From: a virus
Lineage: Duplodnaviria > Caudoviricetes
DNA length: 64,000 nucleotides
Virus record (IMG/VR): IMGVR_UViG_3300031555_001562
Reading direction: 5' to 3' (one strand)
Below, piece by piece: positions 38,910 to 50,929 of this stretch. Each line of letters begins with the position of its first letter. Position 1 is the stretch's first letter. The notes under the pieces are model-generated. The model saw only the letters and a list, made by a program, of their open reading frames with translations, ran no database searches and was not told the DNA's origin. Both the position numbers and the translations under genes were made by a program.

Positions 38910-40972
38910 CAACTATTTTGTTGCGATTTCTTTTGGGTTAAACAAAGTGCAATAAAGTCACTCTCAGACAAGATCTGAGTGCCATACTTCATTGCTTTCT
39001 GATTCTTACTGCTGCCGGAGTCCTTATCATTGGTAATAAGGTAGCTCGTTTTAGCTGTCACGCTGGACACGATCTTGCCGCCATACTTCTCGATCTCCGC
39101 CACCAGCTCTCCACGGTTAGCGAATACTTCCAGCTTGCCAGTGATACAGAATGACTTACCACCGAAAATATTGTTCAGCACTGCGGATTCGTCATGCTCA
39201 ATGTTCAGGACATTGCACAAAGGCTTGATTTCATAAACATGATCCTGGATATACTTGTTGATTCCGGCGCTTGTAGTCTCACCAAAGTCCTCCAGACAAG
39301 TCCAGTCATAGTTGTTCATGCCATAGTAGATCAGCAGTTCCAGAAGATTCTCACCGTTGACAGCCTTTGACTCGCAGTGTCGTGCGATGGTTTTTGCGCT
39401 GGATTTACCGATGCCTGGAATGCCAATAGCGACAATGACATTTTCAAGCTTTCTGTTCTTGCTCTGCTCAATAGATTCAAGCAACTTTGCAACTCTGACC
39501 TTGCCGAAACCACTGGACTGCTCAAGGTTGTCCTTAAACAAACGAATATCATAGATATCCTTGAAGTCACGGATATAGCCAACAGTCACAAGATTGTCAA
39601 CAGTTTCGCTTGACAGGCCGACAATATCCATTCCAGTCTTGCCGCAGAAGTTGACTAACTTATCAACAATCCGTTCATGGCACTGATCGTTGGTGCAGTA
39701 TAGCATCTCTCGTCCATTGTCATTCTTGATCGTAACGGGAGAACCGCAACACGGACATGCGGTTGGAATGTCGTATGTATCACTCTTTGTCAGGTTTGCT
39801 GTGATCTGTGGAATGATCTGATTGGCTTTAATCAAGGTCACAGTGTCGCCAATACCAAGCTTCAGCTCACGGATGACGCTAACATTACTAAGAGTAGCAC
39901 GAGCTACAGTAGTACCGTCAATCTCAACGGGATCCAAGATAGCAACAGGGTTTACCAGTCCAGTTCTGCTAACAGACCATTCAATATCCAGCAGCGTAGT
40001 CTCATTCGGTTCCTGATAAAATTTGAACGCCAGTGAATGTTTTGGATGATGGCTCGTAGAACCAAGGCTCTGACCATAAGTTACATCATCAAAAGAACCA
40101 ACCAAACCGTCAATAGGCCAGCCAACAGTTGCGCAGTAATCCTTGATCGTGTCAAAGAATCCATAGCAGTTCATTGGGTCTTCAATGTGATATGGCACAA
40201 TAGTAAAGCCGAGCGCCCAGAGAAAATCAAAGCTTTGATGGAATGTGTATCCACTGTGGCGCAAACCGTCCTTGCCAATAGCTGAATGCAACTTCCAGGC
40301 AACAAATTTCACGTTTCTCTGTGCTGCAATCTCGCTGTTCAGCTGACGCATAGTGCCGCTTGCAAGATTTCTGGGATTTGCGTAAGAATGCTCACGCACA
40401 TAATCCTTGAACTCCTTACCCTCAAGACCTTTTTCCTTTGCTTCTCTTTCAGCCTTTTCGATCAGAGGCTTGTTGATAGCATCGAAAGTTTCGGAGTCAA
40501 TGATGCATTCACCGTCGATAATTAATTCACCGTCAAAAGGAATAACCTTCGGCAGATTGGAGATAACCAACGCATTGTGGGTGATATCTTCTCCAACGTC
40601 GCCGTTGCCACGGCTCTCTGCAAGAACCAGTCTACCATTCCGGTATGTAATGGAGCAAGTCAGACCGTCCATCTTCGCCATCAGAACAATCTTCTTACCA
40701 CCAAAATAGTTGATAAACTCGTCTGGATCTGTTGTCTTACCGAGTGATAGCAACTGATGGTTGTGTTTCACCTTTTTCAGCTTGCTAATGACTTCATAGC
40801 CAACAGTCTGCGTGGGAGAATTGGGGTAGATAATACCAGTCTGATCCTCCAGCAATCGCAGCCGGTCAAACAATGTGTCATATTCCTTGTCTGAAACAAG
40901 GCTCCTATTATCATTGTAATAGGCGTTTCTGTATCTGTTGAGTTCTTCAACAAGATTTTTCATCTCAAGCAT
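38906..40972 (-). CDS. ligA: NAD-dependent DNA ligase
   Basis: KMDG, SRGNG..GEDIT, NPRN.ASG, zinc finger, HhH, BRCT. Confidence 0.97.
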   Translation of the reverse strand: MLEMKNLVEELNRYRNAYYNDNRSLVSDKEYDTLFDRLRLLEDQTGIIYPNSPTQTVGYEVISKLKKVKHNHQLLSLGKTTDPDEFINYFGGKKIVLMAKMDGLTCSITYRNGRLVLAESRGNGDVGEDITHNALVISNLPKVIPFDGELIIDGECIIDSETFDAINKPLIEKAEREAKEKGLEGKEFKDYVREHSYANPRNLASGTMRQLNSEIAAQRNVKFVAWKLHSAIGKDGLRHSGYTFHQSFDFLWALGFTIVPYHIEDPMNCYGFFDTIKDYCATVGWPIDGLVGSFDDVTYGQSLGSTSHHPKHSLAFKFYQEPNETTLLDIEWSVSRTGLVNPVAILDPVEIDGTTVARATLSNVSVIRELKLGIGDTVTLIKANQIIPQITANLTKSDTYDIPTACPCCGSPVTIKNDNGREMLYCTNDQCHERIVDKLVNFCGKTGMDIVGLSSETVDNLVTVGYIRDFKDIYDIRLFKDNLEQSSGFGKVRVAKLLESIEQSKNRKLENVIVAIGIPGIGKSSAKTIARHCESKAVNGENLLELLIYYGMNNYDWTCLEDFGETTSAGINKYIQDHVYEIKPLCNVLNIEHDESAVLNNIFGGKSFCITGKLEVFANRGELVAEIEKYGGKIVSSVTAKTSYLITNDKDSGSSKNQKAMKYGTQILSESDFIALCLTQKKSQQNSC

Positions 40973-41549
40973 AAAGCAGTTCCTTGTATCCTTTATATCC
41001 TTCCAGAATATCTTTTGCAGTTCTGGGTGTATAACACATGTATGGCATCATGCAACCGACATTAATCATGTCGCACTGTTTACCGTACAGAGTAGTCATC
41101 TCATACTGCATGCGCTCCATCATGTTCCACTCGAAACTGACATGTACATGACCATAGAAATGAATCCAGCCATAGAAGTGGTCTCTGTAACAAGGAATCG
41201 GATAGTGGCACAAAACAATGTTATAGCCATCAATCTGAAGTTCCTTGTAATCGCAGACTTCGTTGAACAAGCTGCGGACACGCTTATCTCTCAGCAACTT
41301 ATGATCGTGGTTGCCAATGCAGAGGTTCTTCTTACCGTTCAAACGGCTGAAAATCTCAATCGTCTTTGTGGATCCATACCAACTGAAATCGCCCAGGATC
41401 CAAACTTCATCATCCTCACCGACAACTGAATTCCAGTTATTGATAAGTGCCTCGTCATGTTCTTCGATAGTTCTAAACGGACGATTATCAAATGTTAGAA
41501 TATTTCTGTGTCCAAAATGAGGATCGGAAATGAAAAATGTCTTTCTCAT
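40965..41549 (-). CDS. Calcineurin-like metallophosphoesterase
   Basis: SDPHFGH, LGD, GNHD, HYP, GHVH. Confidence 0.9.
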   Translation of the reverse strand: MRKTFFISDPHFGHRNILTFDNRPFRTIEEHDEALINNWNSVVGEDDEVWILGDFSWYGSTKTIEIFSRLNGKKNLCIGNHDHKLLRDKRVRSLFNEVCDYKELQIDGYNIVLCHYPIPCYRDHFYGWIHFYGHVHVSFEWNMMERMQYEMTTLYGKQCDMINVGCMMPYMCYTPRTAKDILEGYKGYKELLYA

Positions 41550-41560
41550 ATTTGATTCGT

Positions 41561-42055
41561 TTACCTTTTACTCATAATCCACCAGAGATCAGATTTGTGG
41601 AAATCTCTACCATACCAATAGATAAACGCATGACCATCTTTCTTGAAAGAAATATACAGCCGATCTGTCATATCCACGTCATATGTAAGAATCTCTTCCA
41701 TGTTCTCAATGGAGATCTTATCGACTTCTTCCTGGTTCATGCCCCATATACCTTTGGCAAACGGGTCAATCCAGTTATTAAATTCAATTCTTCTTGGTTC
41801 ATACTCTTCAACAAGCTTCTTCCAGACTTCTTTGAATTCAGGATCGTCCCATTCATCTCCGTCTTGATCCCACTCATCTGGTACATCCGGTTCATCATCA
41901 TAGAAATGAATAGAAAACTCTTCTGTTTTGTATTTTGCAAACAGCCAATCGATAAACCGCTGGCTAAGTGCAAATTTCTTGAATGTCAATCCATTTGTGC
42001 ATCCACTTTGAAGCTGCTTTTCAATCAGATCAACTCTAATGTTAATCAAGATCAT
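41561..42055 (-). CDS. Hypothetical acidic protein
   Basis: Likely start MILIN; start uncertain. Confidence 0.5.
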   Translation of the reverse strand: MILINIRVDLIEKQLQSGCTNGLTFKKFALSQRFIDWLFAKYKTEEFSIHFYDDEPDVPDEWDQDGDEWDDPEFKEVWKKLVEEYEPRRIEFNNWIDPFAKGIWGMNQEEVDKISIENMEEILTYDVDMTDRLYISFKKDGHAFIYWYGRDFHKSDLWWIMSKR

Positions 42056-42422
42056 CAACTTCTTTTGATAGGGATTGACCACAATTTGTGCAATACTTCG
42101 CACTCTTTGTGATACGTCTTTCACAGTTCGGACAATGCAAAATATTGTGCCACAGAATTTTCTTTTTCTGAACATCTCTTGATCTTTCTTCGGAAACCAG
42201 TCTTCTAGTTGGTCTAACTAGAATTCTACCATTGTCCCAGTCAAATCCGGAGAAAACAGATTCAATACCGGCGCTTGCATGTGCGCCGATACTCTTATCT
42301 GCCAAGACAATAACAACCTCATCATTTGCATGCCCAAGTTTACAAAGTGTATCTAATTTGTATTTCAGATCTTTGCACGTCATATAGATTGCTCCTTCAG
42401 AACATCTGTATATGTGGCGCAT
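42042..42422 (-). CDS. Hypothetical protein with C-terminal zinc ribbon
   Basis: CPNC...YCTNCGQ. Confidence 0.65.
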   Translation of the reverse strand: MRHIYRCSEGAIYMTCKDLKYKLDTLCKLGHANDEVVIVLADKSIGAHASAGIESVFSGFDWDNGRILVRPTRRLVSEERSRDVQKKKILWHNILHCPNCERRITKSAKYCTNCGQSLSKEVDDLD

Positions 42423-42703
42423 TTCACATCACAATGCAAATACTCGTTCAATGCTGCGCCAAGAATGCTCTCCACTTCGTCGATAAGCACAGTGTCATAC
42501 AGACGCATGCCTCTGCATTTCCAGTTCCGTAGCTCATAGAATGTTACAGGAGTTGGAATAGTGCATCCCATCTCTGCGGCTTTGTCTTTGATTGACTTTG
42601 CCATGCATTCATTCGCCGTTGCGATAGGATATCCGGTTGCTTCGCTTGCATATATCAGGCCAGTTGTTTTACCAGACTGACGTTTCTTAATCAGTAGCCG
42701 CAT
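42380..42703 (-). CDS. Small P-loop-like protein
   Basis: RQSGKTT and VLIDE. Confidence 0.65.
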   Translation of the reverse strand: MRLLIKKRQSGKTTGLIYASEATGYPIATANECMAKSIKDKAAEMGCTIPTPVTFYELRNWKCRGMRLYDTVLIDEVESILGAALNEYLHCDVKCATYTDVLKEQSI

Positions 42704-43052
42704 CTTGTACCTCCTTACCGATCATATCGGACTTTGCAGATTCAATCATACGCCGAAGATTATCGATACGTCGCTGAACAAGATCGTTGTACATTTCGAC
42801 TGCCTCTTCATATGTATCCGCATACATTCTTGAATCTCTTCTGACGGAACCAGATCCACGCTTTACTTTTGTTCCTTTCTTATACGGAACAAAGTGTAAT
42901 GAATTATATCTCAATCCATTATTAACGATCTCGCCCAATACTGGTTCGCATTTCAGATCGTGCCGTTCGGTATCATCATTGATATCATAGGCCAATCCCC
43001 AAATTGGTTTGCCAATTGGAGCTTTACTTCTATCACCGTAGTAGTATTTCAT
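42687..43052 (-). CDS. Hypothetical protein
   Basis: 121-aa coupled ORF. Confidence 0.6.
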   Translation of the reverse strand: MKYYYGDRSKAPIGKPIWGLAYDINDDTERHDLKCEPVLGEIVNNGLRYNSLHFVPYKKGTKVKRGSGSVRRDSRMYADTYEEAVEMYNDLVQRRIDNLRRMIESAKSDMIGKEVQDAATD

Positions 43053-43846
43053 TTTTCAAACCAATGCTTTCCTTTGAATTTGTAATCCTTACAAGTATCT
43101 GCTGTTTTGTCTGGATGCCGCTCTTTCTGATCGCAATCCAAAGAACCATGAATTATACATGAATGCGAAATATATCCGCAAAAATGGTCTTCCATACAAT
43201 TCTCGCAGTCATAACACCATCTTTTGCCTTTCTCGGCAGCATTTCGTAAACGCTGAAGAAAATCCAAATATGGTTTATCATGATCTTCATCATAGATCTC
43301 TTCAACAACATAGCACATTGGGACTTCCTCAATGCACCATACATCATTATCTGAACAACCAAATACGTATCCAGTCTCACACATATCATGCGCAGAGACC
43401 TTCAATACAACAGGAGTCTTGTTCCAGCGCTTCGCAGACTTCCATGCCATAGACTCATCTGCCGTCAGATGCACAGCATGGCGGCTCATTTTGCTGATAT
43501 GACCACTCTTCTGAATCTTTCTATATGCCTCCAGAGTAGTTCCGTGATACAGGAAATCAGGCGGAGTCCGATAATCAAGCTCAGGCTCAACCCAGGGGAT
43601 AGAGTGGCCTTGACATGCCTTAATCCTGGAACCGTCTGTATTGAACCGATATCTGCCCTTGTTATCGTTTGCTACTATGTCCTTCAGCTGGCTCAATGTG
43701 ACAGAATAGCTACTGTTTGAATTAATCTTATCAATCAGCTGCGCAACATCCACCCAACCATGTTTATCCATAGACAAGCCAATATCATCCGGTTTGTGCC
43801 GGAGAATGTATGACAGATAGATTGAAATGTCTTTCTTCTTTGCCAT
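43049..43846 (-). CDS. kptA: RNA 2'-phosphotransferase (Tpt1/KptA) with Cys-rich C-terminal extension
   Basis: LSYILRH.P, KGRY, IKACQGHS, LYHGT, R.AVHL; start MAKKK with GAGG RBS. Confidence 0.92.
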   Translation of the reverse strand: MAKKKDISIYLSYILRHKPDDIGLSMDKHGWVDVAQLIDKINSNSSYSVTLSQLKDIVANDNKGRYRFNTDGSRIKACQGHSIPWVEPELDYRTPPDFLYHGTTLEAYRKIQKSGHISKMSRHAVHLTADESMAWKSAKRWNKTPVVLKVSAHDMCETGYVFGCSDNDVWCIEEVPMCYVVEEIYDEDHDKPYLDFLQRLRNAAEKGKRWCYDCENCMEDHFCGYISHSCIIHGSLDCDQKERHPDKTADTCKDYKFKGKHWFEK

Positions 43847-43847
43847 G

Positions 43848-46800
43848 TTATACACCTCTTGGTATATGTATCTTATAATTTCTTGGATGGTAATGAGGAT
43901 AACGGCTGGCGTTGCGCCACATCCATTCATGCGCTGATCTTGAATACAGAGTTTCTTCATCGTACTTCAAGTATTTTTCACCATCACAATATTGCTCATA
44001 TACCGTCCTGGCATCTTTGAACCGTTCTCGCAATGGATCTGAATCGCTTATTTCTGATATCACAAATTTGTGGTCTTCACCAATAATAAACGCAAATGGA
44101 TCATCAAAATCTCTGCGAACAAGATTAATCACCTTCATGGTGTGTACCTCTTCGCAAATTTGTCGAACCAGTCATCACAGTACCATTTCTCAAGAGAATC
44201 CTTATCTTTGATAACTTTATCTTTTACATGGTACGGCGGAACAGGATTCTCAGCATCAACCAGTTCATATCTGGATTCATCTCTGTATCCGACTCTACCG
44301 CAGATCACGCAAACCTTAGTTGCAGACACATTGTAACTTTTGGTTTTGCTGTCAAATAAGCTTCCAAAGTTCCGGTGCAAAAGAACGGTTTCATATTCAT
44401 GCTTATGATCGGCACGAGGCTGACCCTTCTTCTTTGATTTCTTTCTGTGTTTCGGTTCCTCTTTTTCAAGAGGAAAACGTCTTTCGTTCATAATTCCTAC
44501 GTCCTCGCAAACTCAGTTATTACCATATAACTGGCTATAACTTTTCAGTTCCTCACAAGAAATAATCTGAAAATTAGAATATCCATTGTTTTGAAACTGT
44601 TTAATAGCGTACTCTCTTGCCATTTCTTTTGTGTTAGCTTTGACAAGAGTTTTCATTCTTTTCTTATATGTTCTGTCTTTGCACGTTACAACCCAGGATT
44701 TGACCATAAACAAATATCTCCGATTCCGGCAATAAACATTGGCATGATAATAGTTCTGAACCACTCGCTATCACAAACTTCTTTTGTTGTGTAAACATAG
44801 TTCAAACGCCAACCAAGAAAATTCACAGCTCCTGTCTTTATCCAGTCAATGCGCAAAACATTTGTCTCAACAGAATATTCACCAATACCACACTTTATTT
44901 TCAAAGCATCAGGAGCTAACTTACTTATGAAATCTTGCGCTTCTTGCAATGTGTCACAGATAACAGCAACCCGAATTTTCTGTATCACTTTGTAGCTTCC
45001 TTTTTCTTGTCTTCTCCGAAGATCCATCTCCATTTTCTATTGTGCATTTCCGTCAACAGTAATAGTAATTGGGCAAATGGCGGAATCTTTTTGTATCCCA
45101 TTTTTATCACGTCTTTCTTCAAGTAACTTGATCCGACAATCAATTATATGTCTAAGTTCTTCTTCAGTAGATTCAGCCGTACAGGACATATGCACAATGA
45201 ATTCTCCGTCTTTAGTAATGATTATGTGGTAGCAATATGGATCCATAACAGCGGTATATCCTCTGTGATTAACTACCAAAGATGGTTTATAGAGTCTGTC
45301 ATCCTCTACGCCAAATCCATGAAATTTTTCAAATTCACTGCCTTCAATACACTCCCAACACGGGATGTTATTGCCAATTGCATAGTTGTATGAACAATCG
45401 CAACACAACTTTTTTCGCCAAGTGAGTTTCCAAATAACCTTTTTAATACCATCAATTATTTTCATTGTTCCACCATTGTTGCCCTGGATGTTGACCGATC
45501 ATTCTTGCACCGCAGCTTGAGCAATAATGAAGCCCAAGATCATCGATTGGATCATAGTCGTCACAGCATTCAGCGTGACCGCAAGCTCCACATTTCCATT
45601 CGTCTGAATCATCGGTCTGATACCATTCAGCTTCAATTAGCGGAACAAGCTTTGTATTTGCTGCTTTATTGAGCATATCTTCAAAAGAATACTCATTGCC
45701 ATTATGTAGAAACGCAAGTCGATCTTTATAGATAATCAGCGCATTCTTATCGTCACCAATAACAAATGCGTCTCTTTCTTCATCGACACAGATATTGCCG
45801 ATTCTCATATCAGATGATACCCTCTCTTTTCATAAGATTCTCTTGGGCGGACAACACATTGCGCAAAGCTTCATGTATCAGATCGACGGTTCCATCGTCC
45901 TCTTCATACCTGAAATTATTGCACATGTCACTGAATACTCTTGACAACACTTCATGCGCAACTTTGACCCTTACCAATCGTTCTGCATTATTCACCTGAG
46001 CGCCCTCTTGATTCTTTCGAGTAACCGGTACTCAAACTTCTTGCAAGGGCATCCACCACCTAAATTCCTCATAGATCCATCCAGGGAGCAGATTACCTTA
46101 TCTGAAAATTGGGTACATTTGCTGTAGTATTTGCATTTATCGGGGTCTGGATAGTAAACTCTTCGTACACTCTTACCCATAAAATTCCTCTTTCTTTATT
46201 CGAACAGATCTTCCGATTCACGATAAAATCATTCTTTCATTCTCGTTGTCTGATTCTCAAGAATTAATTTCTTCTTTGTGCCATCGTTGTAACAGACAAA
46301 GATTTGAGTATCCGGATCATCGAGATATACATTGAACAGATAATAGACATCATCTTTATCCTGGGTATCCACCTCGATAATTCGTTTTGGTGAATTTGTT
46401 CCATGATAGTTTTCTGGAACATGCAACTCATAGTGCGTTCTAACTCTCATTGCATCCTCCCGAAAAATCCCACTCATAGCTTCCGCATATATCTGCCATG
46501 CAGCCATCTTGAATGATGTTACAAAGTGTTCTAACCGAGCATTGCTTCTCATTGACATATGAGAATACATCTGGATTCTTCTTACACACATTTGTGTTTA
46601 GAAGTCTTGATTTGATAGAATCAAATTCAGATACAAAACGCTCATAGTTTACCTTGATTCTATAGTGATTATTGATACAATAGCATCCGGCAACAGTAGG
46701 GATCCTTTGTACTTCCTTTTCAATTACCAGGCCGCAAGTATCTTCCAATATTTTCTTGAATGGCTTCTTAGACTGAAACCATTCCCAGTCATACGTAGGT

Positions 46801-49031
46801 TTCTTCATAACTCACCCATAGAAATTACATTTGCCTTTGTCTCCGCCACATGAACATAATTCTCGTTCTTTGGTTCCATAGCAAACGGTCTTTCCATATT
46901 CCTCATGAAAACAGTCGCATTTCTTATTAACCGGGGACACAATAGCCAACGCTACCTCCAGAATCTCCGGTTCCAGATCTGCATACTGTTCGACGATTTC
47001 CTGTGCAAATTTCAGCGAATGATAGATCTTCGCTTTACGCAGCTGTTTATCAAAATACTTGTAACCACACCAGAACAAACCGTTACTGGTTCTGATTACG
47101 TACATTTTCTTATCAGCCATTTTCACACTTCCTTACAATCCTGGGCAAAGCAACAAATGATGCAATCACATCAGACAGCTTATAGTCCATCGTATCGATC
47201 TGAAGGATTTCAAAACCGACTGTGTTCATAAGCTCTTTGATGTTTTCTTCGTATCTGTCTTTTGCGTTCATCATTGCCTTGTAGTCTTTTACCAGCCCGG
47301 TATCCTGATAGCGCTTTTCCAGCTTTTCAATCCACTGATCCTTCAGCCTAGGACTAGGGCAAACGATCACTAATCTGGCCTGATCTGCATGGAAAGACAG
47401 ATAGTTTCTTACACACTCATGTGATGACACAAACACGGTGTAGCCCTGTTCAGACAAATTCATTGCGATATTGCAATAGGGAATATACCAATCATTCTGG
47501 CGAACACCATTGACAAAGAAATTACTGCTTTCCAGATCAATGAATCCGTTTCCGTTCTTTGCCAGAGTAGACTTACCGATTCCCTGGTAGCCAACAATAA
47601 TCATTGTTATACCTCTCAATCAACTTGGCAAAAGCATGTATCAAAGTCGCCAGCATCATCTCTAAGCTTTTCAATGGCGACGATCAACATGGTATCCATT
47701 CCTGCATTGCCGGAATCAAGAACCTCATCTCTTGCTGCTTTGAATCTTTCTTCCCCAAGCGCCTTCTTAATACCCTCATATAAGTGAGTATAGTAGCCCT
47801 GATAGTTCACCGACGTTTCAATGAACTTAATTGCTGCTTCAAACGGCTTTCTGCATGCTTCCCACTGCCCAGTTGACAGCATTGAAGTCATAATTTTTGA
47901 AGCATCCTTCAACATAGTTTCGTTATGTATCATTTGAATCTTTTTCCTCTATGTAAAAGATATTTGCATCTTCACGATTACAAATTAAGAACAAGATCAT
48001 GCTCTCAAGATCTCCATCTGGATCGCCCCAATCAAAACAACCATCATGTTCTTTAACAAAATCGATCATATCCTCAACAAGACCAGAGAAATGTTCGCAC
48101 TCTTCTGCACCAGTTGCTTGCGATACCCACAAATCATAACTGTGTGCTTCCTGTCTTAGTCTCGGTTCCAACTCTGTACGAATACGGAAATCAAGGGATG
48201 AATTTTCGTCCTTCGCCTTGTCTAGCTGTAATTCCAGGTTTGCACAACGCATACGAGATTGTTCAAGTTTCCACTTTAGATCTTCTATGTAGCTTTCATC
48301 AACTTCAATCATTCTTCCCGCGGTTGCATCATCCTCGTTCCGTTTTCTCTTACTTTCTTGTGAAAGATAATCATGTCCGCAAGCTTGATTGCAGTCTGAA
48401 TAGCCTTTCTTTGGTTTTCGTTTTTTGCCATACTCAGGAGATGACTATCTGGATCAAACATCCATAATGCCGTATTTTTGTCTTGATTCTTCATGTAGTA
48501 ACATTGCGGCTTCCAGTTGGTCTTTTGTGACCAGATTCTCTAGCGGTATACTATTGAACTTATCGATAGCTCTTTCCATCCAATCGTGTTCACAGTCTAT
48601 CTCTTTGATAAACATCTTATATGCAGCCAACATATCATCGGCGCAGATCATCCAATTCCAACCATTATACTCAGCGCAAAAACTGAAACCATTGTGCTTT
48701 CTCTTCAAGTTATTCTCTCTAAGCTCTTTCTTAGAGAAAACCATCTTCTCTTCTCTTAGGATAGCTCCACGGCGCAATACCTCTCTGCGCCATCTCATTG
48801 CAATTTTCTTTCTCATTTTCAATCCCTATACCACAAACCGTCAAATGAATCATCGACACACTGTTTCTTCAGGCAACAAGGACAAATCAAGTAATCGACT
48901 GCCCTTCGCTTCCTGCCAGTCCTGACCATGATTCCGCCGGAAGTCACATATTCTTCTTCTGTGAACCAGACAGGTTCATATTCGACTCCACATTCGTCGC
49001 ATATGCCATAGTCATTCGATTTCATCAACAT
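43848..49031 (-). other. Tightly packed run of about 17 small hypothetical phage ORFs (60-170 aa)
   Basis: Overlapping starts/stops, several Cys-rich or zinc-ribbon ORFs (e.g. 45452-45808, 48819-49031); no function recognised except 47113-47619. Confidence 0.6.
47113..47619 (-). CDS. P-loop kinase-like protein
   Basis: GYQGIGKST, IDLESS.F. Confidence 0.7.
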   Translation of the reverse strand: MRGITMIIVGYQGIGKSTLAKNGNGFIDLESSNFFVNGVRQNDWYIPYCNIAMNLSEQGYTVFVSSHECVRNYLSFHADQARLVIVCPSPRLKDQWIEKLEKRYQDTGLVKDYKAMMNAKDRYEENIKELMNTVGFEILQIDTMDYKLSDVIASFVALPRIVRKCENG

Positions 49032-50158
49032 AACTCACCCGGAAACAAATCCCTGATATCGATCTCTTCTCTTGCCAAGCAAGTGTCCTTGATAAAGACA
49101 GTCTCGTTTTCGTATTCCGTGTACTCTGTTGCCAGATACCGGGTGAACACAAAACCATTGTTGACCAAATCAATAGCATCCTTTACAGAATACCAGTGCA
49201 TCAGGTCTTCCTTATGGGAGCAAGAGCTGAACCAATTTCTGCCGCCAGCATGATATCTGGGATCATAATCCATAGGAAGATCTTTGGTCTCACACTCAGG
49301 CAGCTTGCCGATTCCCCAAACCAGCTTATTGTCTGCGTTATACCACAGGCCATTGTCCGGAGACTTGCTTTCCAGTCTGTACAGCCACTTTAGTGTACGA
49401 TTCACATCGAACTCAACACGGCTAAATACTTCACCCATCTCTTCATGGAATACCAAACTTGCATAGCTATCCATAGAAGTCGTATCTCTGTTCACAATGA
49501 CGAGTTTTCTGGGTGGAACATAGCTAATCATTCCGGCGGCAGGCCATACACTTAATGAAGTGCCGCACACAATTACCAGATCCGCATTGCGCAGATGATC
49601 GGTTGCATTGTTCCATGCTTGCCAGGGAAGATTTTCTCCATAAAGAGTAACGTCAGGACGAATCTTGCCGCCACATTCACAACGAGGAATAGATTCACCG
49701 GATTCAAAGATATGATTTGAATCGTATTCTTTCATGCAGTCTTCACAATAATTCTTCCTTGTGGTTCCATGAATTTCATCAACGACTGTACTTCCGGCCT
49801 TTCCATGCAGATCATCAATATTCTGCGTGACAACTGAAACGACCTTGCCGTGCCGTTCCAACTCTGCCATCAGATAATGTGCAATGTTGGGATTAACAGT
49901 GCGACAATCCAACTTCTGCCGATAGAATTCATAAAATACGTTTGGATTATTTTGCAGACATTCTCTGCTCAAAAGATACTCAGGAGAAAATGCTTCAAAC
50001 TGGATATCATTCTGATTGTATAGGCCGTCTTTGCTGCGGAAATCAGGAATGCCACTTTCGGTTGACACACCGGCTCCGCTGAAGAACACAATCCTTTTGC
50101 TGGCAGCTACCAGCTTATTCAGTTCTTCGATTCTCTTTTCAAATGATTCTCGATTCAT
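49025..50158 (-). CDS. Sir2/CobB sirtuin with extra C-terminal domain
   Basis: GAGVSTESGIPDFR, TQNID.LH, EIHG, GTSL.V.PA; about 125 aa extension; start MNRES. Confidence 0.9.
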   Translation of the reverse strand: MNRESFEKRIEELNKLVAASKRIVFFSGAGVSTESGIPDFRSKDGLYNQNDIQFEAFSPEYLLSRECLQNNPNVFYEFYRQKLDCRTVNPNIAHYLMAELERHGKVVSVVTQNIDDLHGKAGSTVVDEIHGTTRKNYCEDCMKEYDSNHIFESGESIPRCECGGKIRPDVTLYGENLPWQAWNNATDHLRNADLVIVCGTSLSVWPAAGMISYVPPRKLVIVNRDTTSMDSYASLVFHEEMGEVFSRVEFDVNRTLKWLYRLESKSPDNGLWYNADNKLVWGIGKLPECETKDLPMDYDPRYHAGGRNWFSSCSHKEDLMHWYSVKDAIDLVNNGFVFTRYLATEYTEYENETVFIKDTCLAREEIDIRDLFPGELC

Positions 50159-50160
50159 AA

Positions 50161-50925
50161 TCAAACAATCCTCACAATACTTTCGTACAGAATATTGAAC
50201 TTGCCCATAATCTGCGTGTTTAAGTGGTAATGTCCACAATACCACTTTGTAAACTTCAAACCATTGCGCAACAGTGTATTGAAGAATAACGTGATCGTGT
50301 CTGGTTCCCTGAAACCAAGCATAGAGCATACTTCCTGCGGAAGACAATGAGTGATTACATAGTCAACTTTGTACCCACGTTCACTCAAGGTCTTCAACCC
50401 GAAGTCCATCTCTTCTTGACTAGGTAGTTCTTCCTTCCACCAGGAAATGTGGTTGATCCTGAACATTCGCCGCCACCACTGATAGATCTTTATGATCTTC
50501 TTGAACTCTTTGTCGGTCTGATAGTCGTCACGATCCAGAATACCATCTTTGATATCGTGACAACTTGCGCCCCCGAAAGCAAAGAACTTCTTACCTTCGA
50601 AATTGAATACATAGCCACGCATAAGATGGTAGATATTGTCTCTGATCTTGTGTGCCTTGCCACCGTGGAAGTCAACAATCTCAAACTCGTTATAGAGTCT
50701 ATCGAAGTTTTCGTGATTGCCATCCACAAAACAGATCGTGAAGCTCTTCTGTGATAGCCAGTTCAGCCAATACCGTTCTTCTTCAGTATCAGCCCAAACT
50801 CCGCCGAAGTCTCCGCAAATGATAACTATGTCATCTCTGGTTAGTTTCTTTTGAAGAGGAAACCGTTTTCTATTGAAACGGTGAAAGTCTGCATGGCAAT
50901 CGCCTGTAACGAACACCATAGTCAT
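50161..50925 (-). CDS. Metallophosphoesterase
   Basis: GDCH, CGDFG, DGNHEN, ITH, GHYH. Confidence 0.9.
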   Translation of the reverse strand: MTMVFVTGDCHADFHRFNRKRFPLQKKLTRDDIVIICGDFGGVWADTEEERYWLNWLSQKSFTICFVDGNHENFDRLYNEFEIVDFHGGKAHKIRDNIYHLMRGYVFNFEGKKFFAFGGASCHDIKDGILDRDDYQTDKEFKKIIKIYQWWRRMFRINHISWWKEELPSQEEMDFGLKTLSERGYKVDYVITHCLPQEVCSMLGFREPDTITLFFNTLLRNGLKFTKWYCGHYHLNTQIMGKFNILYESIVRIV

Positions 50926-50929
50926 ACAC

